This document shows, in pieces, positions 50,855-59,227 of a stretch of 64,000 bases of DNA; position 1 is the first letter of the stretch; every line of letters begins with the position of its first letter. Made by a program: the position numbers and the translations under genes. The stretch is from Vicinamibacterales bacterium (GTDB taxonomy: Bacteria > Acidobacteriota > Vicinamibacteria > Vicinamibacterales > Fen-181), in NCBI GenBank assembly GCA_036504215.1, contig DASXVO010000016.1, forward strand, positions 1 to 64,000, given 5' to 3'. Under the pieces are notes generated by a model, which was not told the DNA's origin, did no database searches, and saw nothing but the letters and a program-made list of their open reading frames with translations.

Positions 50855-52133
50855 GGACCTGCTCCATGGTAGCGGGCTGCTTCACCCGGTACAACATCTC
50901 CCCGGCACGCGGTACCACCAGCACGCCTTCGTCTTCGCGCCCCGTCCAGTCCTCCAGACGGATCCCGGCCGGATCGCAATAGCCAAGGTTGATCCGCCGG
51001 CACCGTTCCTCCGGAATCCCGGTCGCGAGCGTCACCTGCACGCGCGGCGTCTCGATCCCCGTCGCCACATCGTAGCGCCCCAACCCCTTGACGTGCGTCG
51101 AGTGCGCGAGGACGCCACCAGGATACCCGGAGAACCGGTTCCACTGCCCAAGGAAGTAGTCACGGCAGTGATACCCGATCTCGTCGATGATCCGGCCGTG
51201 CGTGTAGCTCACCTCGGTGATGTGCGGCGCGTAGATGACGACTTCCCCGCCGTCGGCGACCGCGGGCTCGAGCTTGTACATGCCCTTGGCCGCCGTCCAC
51301 AGATCTTCGTACATCTCCGGCATCACCGACAACACCCGGCGGTACGGGCGGTCGACGTGCACGATGTGCGTTTGCGCCGACAGTGCGGCCGCCGCACGCC
51401 ACGCCGCCGGAGCGGTCCCGAAATACAGCCCGACCAGGCTCTCATGGGTCACCACGAGCGCGAAGCACGCCACGGGACGGTCGACGAGCTCGGCCGCCCG
51501 GTCGATGACGGCCCGCACGGGCGTATATCCGGCGCCGATGACGTGGTAACTGCTGATGAGCGCACCGAGCCAGTGCGTGAAGTTGATGATCTCCGGGCCG
51601 GCAATCCCTGGGAACAGGTACTTGTTGCCGCCCGAGAAGCCCACGACCTCATGAGGAAATACCGGTCCGCAGATGATGACCTGGTCGTAGTCGAAGATGA
51701 GCTTGTTGAGCGAGACGACCACGTCCCGCGCGAGGCGGCCTTCGGTCAACTCACCGATCTCCGCGGCAGGAATCGTCCCGAGCGTCGCAAACGTGAACGG
51801 GTCATCCCACCGGTGATTGAAGACCCGGCTCCGCCCGAAGCCCCCAGCCGTGACAGTCCGGCCGAACAGCCGCGTCAACTGTTCGTCGTTCATCGGCTGA
51901 TGCGTGCCGAGGGCGACGAGATAGTCGAGGCGAGACACGCGCAGCCCGGCCGCCGCCTCGATCGCCTCGGTCATCAGCGGCAGCGGCATCGTGCGGGTCC
52001 CGTCCGGCACGAGAACGAGCAGACGGCGTCCGTCGAGCGGGAGCGAGTCGAGGGCTTCGCGGACGACGCGGTGCACGTCCACATCGGTCAGGTGACTGCC
52101 CGCCGTCCCAAGCCCGAAGCAGTCGGAAGTCAT
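50844..52133 (-). CDS. LarA-family (nickel-pincer-cofactor-dependent 2-hydroxyacid racemase/epimerase) homologue
   Basis: DUF2088/LarA-like N-domain and a C-terminal domain of about 430 aa. ATG overlaps the SDR stop (ATGA). Its own stop overlaps the gnd start by 11 nt. Confidence 0.55.
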   Translation of the reverse strand: MTSDCFGLGTAGSHLTDVDVHRVVREALDSLPLDGRRLLVLVPDGTRTMPLPLMTEAIEAAAGLRVSRLDYLVALGTHQPMNDEQLTRLFGRTVTAGGFGRSRVFNHRWDDPFTFATLGTIPAAEIGELTEGRLARDVVVSLNKLIFDYDQVIICGPVFPHEVVGFSGGNKYLFPGIAGPEIINFTHWLGALISSYHVIGAGYTPVRAVIDRAAELVDRPVACFALVVTHESLVGLYFGTAPAAWRAAAALSAQTHIVHVDRPYRRVLSVMPEMYEDLWTAAKGMYKLEPAVADGGEVVIYAPHITEVSYTHGRIIDEIGYHCRDYFLGQWNRFSGYPGGVLAHSTHVKGLGRYDVATGIETPRVQVTLATGIPEERCRRINLGYCDPAGIRLEDWTGREDEGVLVVPRAGEMLYRVKQPATMEQVHAV

Positions 52134-52966
52134 ACGCCACTGAAGGCGGAGAAGCCGCCGTCGATCGGCAGCACGATGCCGGTGACGAACGACGAAGCCG
52201 GCGAGAGCAGCCAGAGCACGGCGCCCAACAGGTCCTCCGGCTTGCCGAATCGGTTCATCGGCGTGTGAGCGAGGATCGTCTGGCCGCGCGCGGTCAGATT
52301 CCCCGTCTCCCTGTCGGTCAGCAGGAACTCGTTCTGCCTGGTCCTCAAGAAGCCCGGGGCGATGGCATTGACGCGGATCTTCGGCGAGTACTCCTGCGCC
52401 ATGTGCACGGCGAGCCACTGCGTGAAGTTGGAGACGGCGGCCTTCGCAGCCGAGTATCCGGGGATGCGTGTGAGCGGGCGGAAGGCGTTCATCGACGAGA
52501 CGTTGAGAATCACCCCCTCACCGCGTTCGACCATCTGCCGGCCGAACACCTGCGACGGAAGCACGGTCCCGAGCAGGTTCAAGTCGACGATCCACCGCAG
52601 CGCGTCGGGGGGAATGTCGAAGAACGACAACTGCGGACCGGTCGTCGCCTCGGCCTTGTTCCCGCCGGCGTTGTTGATGAGCGCATCGGGCGCCCCGAAG
52701 CGGTCGGCGACCATATCGGCGACGCGGCGGAGGCTGTCGACATCGAGCACATCGCCGCCGACGGCGACCGCGCGGCACGCCGCCTCCGGCCCCATCAGAT
52801 CCAGCAGCCCTTTTGCCGGATCGAGGTTGCGGTCGAGCATCACGACGTTGGCGCCGCACCCGACGAGCGCACACGCAAGCTCACCACCGATGACGCCCAT
52901 CGCCCCGGTGACGATGACGGTGCGTCCCGTGAAGTCGTACTGGCGAGTCAACTCAGCCAAGTTCAT
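52130..52966 (-). CDS. SDR-family oxidoreductase (UxuB-type mannonate/fructuronate reductase-like)
   Basis: TGAMGVIG Rossmann motif, NNAG, S...YxxxK catalytic tetrad (YSAAK). 278 aa. Confidence 0.65.
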   Translation of the reverse strand: MNLAELTRQYDFTGRTVIVTGAMGVIGGELACALVGCGANVVMLDRNLDPAKGLLDLMGPEAACRAVAVGGDVLDVDSLRRVADMVADRFGAPDALINNAGGNKAEATTGPQLSFFDIPPDALRWIVDLNLLGTVLPSQVFGRQMVERGEGVILNVSSMNAFRPLTRIPGYSAAKAAVSNFTQWLAVHMAQEYSPKIRVNAIAPGFLRTRQNEFLLTDRETGNLTARGQTILAHTPMNRFGKPEDLLGAVLWLLSPASSFVTGIVLPIDGGFSAFSGV

Positions 52967-53292
52967 AGCAGCGGACCATCCACATCAAGGCCGACACTCT
53001 GGTAATACCAGATCGGCGACGACAACCGGACATGCAACGCGCCGACTGAGAGTCTAGCTGTCGTGGCAACGCCTGTCAACGGGTCTCTTACGCGTTACAT
53101 TTCAACAGTTGGCACGGATGGCCGTCGTCTGGCTCGAGCGCGAAAGCTGACCAATTGGTGTAGGCTGTACGCAGAAATGTAGGCAAATGGACGGACCATT
53201 GGAGAACGCTCCGTCGACCGCCCAGACAAGTGCCGCGCACGCTGCCTCAACTCCGGGTATGATTTCCGTCGCCCTCGCCGCGGAGACTTCCG

Positions 53293-55806
53293 ATGCCCAA
53301 TCCAGCCGGTCTGACCCGCCGGGACCTGCTCAAGTCCGCTGCCGTGGCGACTGCAGCCGCGCTCGGCTGCCCTCCGGCAGGCCTCGGAGCCGTGCAGACC
53401 GCTCCGGCCGGCGTGACGGCGATCGACCTTGCCGGCGGGCGGATCCTCGCGGGCTGGGAGCACTACCGCGGGACCCTCGGCGGCTCGTGGGAAATCTGGC
53501 GCGGCGACAAGGCCAGCGACAACGTGCCGTGGCGGACCGTGGATCTGCCGCACTGCTTCAACGCGCGCGACGCGGTGGATCCTGACACTATCTACTATCA
53601 GGGTCCCGGTTGGTATCGAACCACCATCCCGCTCGATACCGCGGCGGCACCCGGCGGTCGAACGCTGCTCGTCTTCGAAGGGGCGGGCCAGACGACCACG
53701 GTGTGGGTCCACACGCAGAAGGTCGGCAGTCATGTCGGCGGCTACGACGAGTGGCGCGTGGACCTGACTGACTGGCTCGCACGGATCCCCGCCGACTACA
53801 AGGGCGCGGTACCGGTGGCCGTGTGCTGCGACAACTCCCGCGACCTCGAGCGCATCCCGTCCGCCCTCTCGGACTTCAACCTGTACGGGGGGTTGTACCG
53901 GCACGTGCGCCTCGTCCAGGTGCCGGCGATCTCGATCGAACGCATTCACGTGGCCACCGAGGTCACGCCCGGTCAGCCGGCACGGGTGGAAGTGCGGGCG
54001 CGCCTCTACAATCCGACGGCGACACAGAGCGACCTGCGGGTGACGGTGCGCCTCACCGACCCGGGCGGCCGGCCGGTCTCGACGACGACCCGCGCGATGA
54101 CGGCCTGGTCCGGCGAGCAGACGGTCGTGAAGGCAACGCTGGCCTCGCCCGCCCTCTGGTCACCGGAAAGGCCGGCGCTCTACCGCTGCGACGTCACCAT
54201 CGAGAGCGAGCACGGCACGACGACCGCACAGGAAGCGTTCGGCCTGCGATTCGCCGACTGGGTCGAGCGCGGCCCGTTCCGCCTGAATGGCGAGCGCCTG
54301 CTGCTGCGCGGTACACAGCGTCACGAGGACCACGCAGGCCTTGGCGCCGCGCTCACCGACGATCTCGTCCGCCGCGAGCTCCGGATGATCAAGCACATGG
54401 GCGCCAACTTCATCCGGCTCGGCCACTACCAGCAGTCGCGGCTCGCGCTGCAGCTCTGCGACGAACTGGGCTTGCTCGTCTGGGAGGAGGTACCGTGGTG
54501 CCGGGGCGGCGTCGGCGGCGAGCGATATCGGACGCAGGCCCGTGACATGCTCCGCGCGATGATCGATCTGCACTTCAACCATCCGTCGGTCATCTTGTGG
54601 GGGCTCGGCAACGAGAACGACTGGCCCGGCGACTTCGAGACGTTCGATCAGGCCGCCATTCAGTCTTTCATGCGCGAGCTGAACGACCTGGCGCACCAGC
54701 TCGACCCGTCGCGCAAGACCGCCATTCGTCGCTGCGACTTCTGCAAGGACATTCCCGACGTCTACTCGCCGTCGATCTGGGCCGGCTGGTATCGCGGCCG
54801 CTACACGGAATACAAACCGTCGAGCGAAGAGGAGATGAAGCGGGTCAGGCACTTCTTCCACGCCGAATGGGGCGGCGACAGCCACGCCGGCCGGCACTCG
54901 GAGGATCCGGACCGCGTGCTGGCGCGCATCGGCACGGGCCTGGGCACCGACGAACGCGGCCTCGACTATCTCCTCACCGGCGGCCAGACGCGCGCCTCAC
55001 GCGATGGCGACTGGTCCGAGACCTACATCTGCAATCTCTTCGACTGGCACCTCAAGGAACAGGAGACGATGCCGTGGCTGACGGGCGCGGCGCAGTGGAT
55101 CTTCAAGGACTTCTCCACGCCGCTGCGGGGCGAGAACCCGGTTCCACGCATGAACCAGAAGGGACTCGTCGAGCGCGACCTGACGCCCAAGGAGGGCTAC
55201 TACGTCTTCCAGTCCTACTGGGCGGCCGCGCCGATGGTCCACATCTACGGGCATTCGTGGCCCGTGCGATGGGGCGAGCCCGACGAGCAGAAGTTCGTCA
55301 AGGTCTATTCGAACTGCGAACAGGTGGAGCTGTTCGTCAACGGCGTGTCGGCCGGCATCCGGACGCGCAACAGCCAGGACTTCCCCGCTGCCGGCTTGCG
55401 GTGGCTCGTGCGGCTGCGTGAAGGCGACAACGTGCTTCGGGCCGTCGCGGCCGGTCGCGGCGCTCCACCCGTCAGCGACGAGATCCGTACGACGTACCAG
55501 ACCGCGCGGTGGGGCGCCCCGGCGCGCCTCACGCTCGCCGAGGGCGCGCGTGACGGCGAGACGGTGCGCGTCGAGACCTCTCTGCAGGACGCCCACGGCG
55601 TGGTCTGCCTCGACAGCCGTGCCGTCGTGCGGTTCGGTCTCGCCGGCAGCGGGCGCCTGCTCGACAACCTCGGTACCGTGGGCGGGTCGCGGGTGGTCGA
55701 GTTGACGAACGGCCGCGGCCGCATCTCGCTCGTGCGCGCGGGCGGACCGTCCACCATCAGCGTGTCGGCGAAGGGTGTGCCGACGACGTTCCTGCTCGTG
55801 CCATGA
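53293..55806 (+). CDS. GH2 family glycoside hydrolase with TAT signal
   Basis: MPNPAGLTRRDLLKSAAVATAAALG TAT signal. GH2 sugar-binding, Ig-like and TIM-barrel catalytic domains (NFIRLGHY...WGLGNEN...WLTGAAQWIFKDF). Confidence 0.7.
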   Translation: MPNPAGLTRRDLLKSAAVATAAALGCPPAGLGAVQTAPAGVTAIDLAGGRILAGWEHYRGTLGGSWEIWRGDKASDNVPWRTVDLPHCFNARDAVDPDTIYYQGPGWYRTTIPLDTAAAPGGRTLLVFEGAGQTTTVWVHTQKVGSHVGGYDEWRVDLTDWLARIPADYKGAVPVAVCCDNSRDLERIPSALSDFNLYGGLYRHVRLVQVPAISIERIHVATEVTPGQPARVEVRARLYNPTATQSDLRVTVRLTDPGGRPVSTTTRAMTAWSGEQTVVKATLASPALWSPERPALYRCDVTIESEHGTTTAQEAFGLRFADWVERGPFRLNGERLLLRGTQRHEDHAGLGAALTDDLVRRELRMIKHMGANFIRLGHYQQSRLALQLCDELGLLVWEEVPWCRGGVGGERYRTQARDMLRAMIDLHFNHPSVILWGLGNENDWPGDFETFDQAAIQSFMRELNDLAHQLDPSRKTAIRRCDFCKDIPDVYSPSIWAGWYRGRYTEYKPSSEEEMKRVRHFFHAEWGGDSHAGRHSEDPDRVLARIGTGLGTDERGLDYLLTGGQTRASRDGDWSETYICNLFDWHLKEQETMPWLTGAAQWIFKDFSTPLRGENPVPRMNQKGLVERDLTPKEGYYVFQSYWAAAPMVHIYGHSWPVRWGEPDEQKFVKVYSNCEQVELFVNGVSAGIRTRNSQDFPAAGLRWLVRLREGDNVLRAVAAGRGAPPVSDEIRTTYQTARWGAPARLTLAEGARDGETVRVETSLQDAHGVVCLDSRAVVRFGLAGSGRLLDNLGTVGGSRVVELTNGRGRISLVRAGGPSTISVSAKGVPTTFLLVP

Positions 55807-55819
55807 GGAGCCGCACACG

Positions 55820-57001
55820 ATGAGACCGTTGAAGACGCGCCTGGGGTTCGCCTGCGTGGCCGCGCTCGTGTTCGCCGTCCCGGGGCGTGCCCAGTCGGCC
55901 CCGCCCCTCGACATTCGCGCGGCCGAACGCCTCCGCGTCATCCCGCTCGCTGACGCGTTCCTGAAGGAAGCTCCCGAGACGGTGACCGCGAGCCACTCAC
56001 CGCGCAGCGCGGGCGGCACGCACGACTTCTTCTCCGAGGCCGACTACTGGTGGCCGGACCCGAAGGACCCCGACGGTCCGTACATCCAGCGCGACGGGAT
56101 GTCGAATCCCGCGAACTTCGTCGGCCATCGCCTGGCCATGATCCGGTTCAGCACTCATGTGGCCGCGCTGACCTCGGCGTACGTCCTCACGCGCGACGAA
56201 CGGTATGCGGCGCATGCGCTGGCGCACCTGCGTGCCTGGTTCGTGGATTCCGCCACCCGCATGAACCCGAATCTCCAGTTCGCGCAGGCAATCAAAGGAC
56301 GGGCGACCGGACGCGGCACGGGGATCATCGACACCATTCATCTCGTGGAGGTCGCCAGGGCGGCAGGGATCCTCGCGTCCGCTCATTCCGCACGGCCGGA
56401 TGAGATGCGCGCCGTCCGGCAGTGGTTTGGCGAGTACCTGACGTGGCTCACCACCCACGAGTACGGGCTGCAGGAACGGGACGCCAGGAACAACCACGGC
56501 ACGTGCTGGGTCATGCAGGTGGCCGCCTTCGCGCAACTGACCGGCGATGAGGCGCTGCTCGGCGCCTGCCGACGTCGCTACAAGGAGGTGATCGTGCCAG
56601 GGCAGATGGCCGCCGACGGGAGTTTCCCGCTCGAGCTGCGGCGAACGAAGCCGTACGGCTACTCGCTGTTCAACCTCGATGCGCTCGCGACGATCTGTCA
56701 GCTGCTCTCGACGCCGGACGACAATCTCTGGACGTGGTCGCTGCCCGACGGGCGCGGCATTCGAAAGGCGATGGCCTTCCTGTTTCCGTTCATGGAGGAC
56801 AAGGCCACCTGGAGCCACCCGAAAGATGTCATGTACTTCGACGAGTGGCCGGTCCGCCAGCCGAGCCTGCTGTTTGCGGGCCGCGCCCTGCACGAGCCGG
56901 CGTACCTCGACCTGTGGAGGCGTTTGAACGGAACCCCGACGGCCGGGGAAGTGATCCGCAATCTGCCGGTGCGCCACCCACTCGTCTGGTTCGAGCAATA
57001 G
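55820..57001 (+). CDS. Alginate-lyase-family ((alpha/alpha)-toroid, PF05426-like) secreted protein
   Basis: Signal peptide MRPLKTRLGFACVAALVFAVPGRAQS. Conserved WPDPKDPDGPY and NNHGTCWV blocks. Confidence 0.5.
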   Translation: MRPLKTRLGFACVAALVFAVPGRAQSAPPLDIRAAERLRVIPLADAFLKEAPETVTASHSPRSAGGTHDFFSEADYWWPDPKDPDGPYIQRDGMSNPANFVGHRLAMIRFSTHVAALTSAYVLTRDERYAAHALAHLRAWFVDSATRMNPNLQFAQAIKGRATGRGTGIIDTIHLVEVARAAGILASAHSARPDEMRAVRQWFGEYLTWLTTHEYGLQERDARNNHGTCWVMQVAAFAQLTGDEALLGACRRRYKEVIVPGQMAADGSFPLELRRTKPYGYSLFNLDALATICQLLSTPDDNLWTWSLPDGRGIRKAMAFLFPFMEDKATWSHPKDVMYFDEWPVRQPSLLFAGRALHEPAYLDLWRRLNGTPTAGEVIRNLPVRHPLVWFEQ

Positions 57002-57928
57002 ATGGAGTTGCCCCAGCCCCGATTCTTGGGAGGTCATGTGAACATCGACAGTGCTGTCGTGCCGGTAGCCGGTCTCGGCACACGACTGCTGCCCGCCACC
57101 AAATCGCAACCGAAGGAGATGCTGCCGGTCGGACGCAAACCGGTCGTGCAGTACGTGGTCGAGGAGTTGGCCCGCGTCGGGATGCAGCGCGTGCTGTTCA
57201 TCACGGGCCCGGGAAAAGCATCCATCGAGAACCATTTCGATCTGAACGGCGAGCTGATCCAGACGCTCCGTGAGACGGGCAAGGAGGAGTTGCTCGCCGA
57301 ACTGGAGTTCGAGCGTGCCGCGCTCCAGTATTTCTACACGCGGCAGCGGCAGCTCCTCGGGCTCGGCCACGCGGTGCTCTGCGCGCGGTCGTTCGTCGGC
57401 CACCAGCCTTTCGTTGTCGCGCTCGGCGACTCGATCATCGGCTTGCACGCCGAGAGCGATGTGGTTGGCCGGATGACGCAGTGCTTCGCCGAGCGGCAGG
57501 CCGACGCGGTCATCGCATTCGAGGAGGTCCCGCGGGCCGACGTCCATCGATACGGCATCGCCAAACCGCGCACGTCGGGCGACATCTTCGAGATCGACGA
57601 TCTGATCGAGAAGCCCTCGATCCACGAGGCACCGAGCACGTTGGCCATCGCCGCGCGCTACGTGTTGTCGCCGTCGATCTTCGACGCGCTCGACCACACG
57701 CCACCGGGCAAGGGCGGGGAGATCCAGCTGACCGACGCGATCCGCTCGGTCGTTCGCTCCGGAGGGCGGGCGTATGGCGTGCGCCTCCACGCCCATGAAC
57801 GCCGCTACGACATCGGCAACTTCCAGGCGTACTTCCGCGCGTTCGTCGAGTTCGCGCTGGCCGACCCCCGGTTTGGCGCGCCGCTCCGCCGCTATCTCGA
57901 GGACCTGCTCCATGCTGATCGTACGTAA
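57002..57928 (+). CDS. galU: UTP-glucose-1-phosphate uridylyltransferase-like sugar nucleotidyltransferase
   Basis: AVVPVAGLGTRLLPATKSQPKEMLPVGRKPVVQYVVEE matches the GalU N-terminal signature. 308 aa. Starts 1 nt after the lyase stop. Confidence 0.6.
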   Translation: MELPQPRFLGGHVNIDSAVVPVAGLGTRLLPATKSQPKEMLPVGRKPVVQYVVEELARVGMQRVLFITGPGKASIENHFDLNGELIQTLRETGKEELLAELEFERAALQYFYTRQRQLLGLGHAVLCARSFVGHQPFVVALGDSIIGLHAESDVVGRMTQCFAERQADAVIAFEEVPRADVHRYGIAKPRTSGDIFEIDDLIEKPSIHEAPSTLAIAARYVLSPSIFDALDHTPPGKGGEIQLTDAIRSVVRSGGRAYGVRLHAHERRYDIGNFQAYFRAFVEFALADPRFGAPLRRYLEDLLHADRT

Positions 57929-58976
57929 ACGCGCCTTTGCTCGCGCCGGGCTTCTCGGCAACCCGTCGGACGGCTATCACGGCAAGACGATATCCGTCAT
58001 CGTCCGCAACTTCTGGGCCGAGGTCGTCTTGTACGAGTGGGATTCGGTGGACATCGTCCTGGCCGAGGACGACCGCGCCCGGTTCAGCTCTGTCTATGAT
58101 CTCGCGCGAGACGTGCGGCTCCACGGCTACTACGGAGGAATCCGCCTGATCAAGGCCACGATCAAACACTTCGTCGAATACTGCCAGGCCCGTGGCGTGA
58201 CGCTGCACGATCGGAACTTCTCGGTCCGCTACCAGACCACCATTCCGCGGCAGGTGGGCCTGGCCGGATCGAGCGCCATCATCGTCGCCACGCTGCGAAC
58301 GCTGATGGAGTACTACCAGGTCGAGATCCCGAAGGCTGCCCAGCCAACCTTCGTCCTCCAGGTTGAACAGGAAGAGCTGGGGATCTCCGCGGGACTGCAG
58401 GACCGCGTGATCCAGGTGTACGAAGGGGTCGTCTACATGGACTTCGACCGCGCGTGCCGGCAGGAGGTGAACGGCATCCCCTGCTATGCGTACGAGGAAC
58501 TCGACCCCGGCCTGCTGCCGCCCCTCTACCTGGCCTACCACGACGCGCTCAGCGAACCGACCGAAGTGTTCCACAACAACATCAGGGACCGGTTCAACCG
58601 GGGCGACGAGAGCGTCGTGCAGGCGATGCGCCATTTTGCGGCCCTGGCGTGCGCCGGCCGGACAGCGCTCCTCACGGGCGACGCCGATCGGCTGGCCACC
58701 CTCATCGACGAGAATTTCGACACCCGACGCCGCATCTACCAGTTGCCGCCATGGCAGATTGAGATGGTCGAAACGGCCCGCCGGGTCGGCGCGAGCGCCA
58801 AGTTCGCGGGGTCGGGAGGCGCCATCATCGGCACCTGTCGCACCGCCGCGATGCTGGCCGACCTGAAGGCGGCGCTGGCCGCCGCCGGGTCGCGAACCAT
58901 CGAGCCGCAGGTCGAGCCTGAGATGACACCTTTCGCCTCCGAAAGTCGCCACACGTCTGACCACTCACCGGAATGA
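57912..58976 (+). CDS. GHMP-family sugar-1-kinase (glucuronokinase-like)
   Basis: N-terminal ARAGLLGNPSDGYHGKTISVIVRNFW and GHMP motif VGLAGSSAIIVATL. Start overlaps the galU-like gene by 17 nt. Confidence 0.5.
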   Translation: MLIVRKRAFARAGLLGNPSDGYHGKTISVIVRNFWAEVVLYEWDSVDIVLAEDDRARFSSVYDLARDVRLHGYYGGIRLIKATIKHFVEYCQARGVTLHDRNFSVRYQTTIPRQVGLAGSSAIIVATLRTLMEYYQVEIPKAAQPTFVLQVEQEELGISAGLQDRVIQVYEGVVYMDFDRACRQEVNGIPCYAYEELDPGLLPPLYLAYHDALSEPTEVFHNNIRDRFNRGDESVVQAMRHFAALACAGRTALLTGDADRLATLIDENFDTRRRIYQLPPWQIEMVETARRVGASAKFAGSGGAIIGTCRTAAMLADLKAALAAAGSRTIEPQVEPEMTPFASESRHTSDHSPE

Positions 58977-59042
58977 CCAGAAGCGCCAATGGACGCGCTT
59001 TGGAGACTATTGCTAAATGTTCGCGCCAAACCATCTATGCCG

Positions 59043-59070
59043 TTGACAGGCGCCGAGACTTCGTGATACT
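59043..59070 (+). promoter_or_regulatory. Sigma70-like promoter candidate for the TonB-dependent receptor gene
   Basis: TTGACA - 16 nt - GATACT (TG two nt upstream), about 160 nt before the ATG at 59228. Confidence 0.25.
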
Positions 59071-59227
59071 CCATACGTCACCAGATTGGTCAGTCCATTA
59101 ATCAGAGGGTCGTTCAGCCCCCAAGAGTCTCGTGGTGAAAGCAGCTGGACAAGTCCATCGCCGGATCCGAAGCAATTTCCGGCGGCCCTGCAAGTCGTGA
59201 TACGTGGAAGCCGAGGAGGACGCGCGT

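Noticed and set aside
53109-53125. Sigma54-like TGGCACG element upstream of the GH2 gene
   Set aside because: A -24 GG/TGGCAC match is present, but the -12 GC (TTGC) element is absent at the required spacing.
53095-53949. 284-aa minus-strand ORF
   Set aside because: Antisense within the GH2 gene and its TAT-signal region. It has no motif and lies wholly inside a well-supported sense gene.
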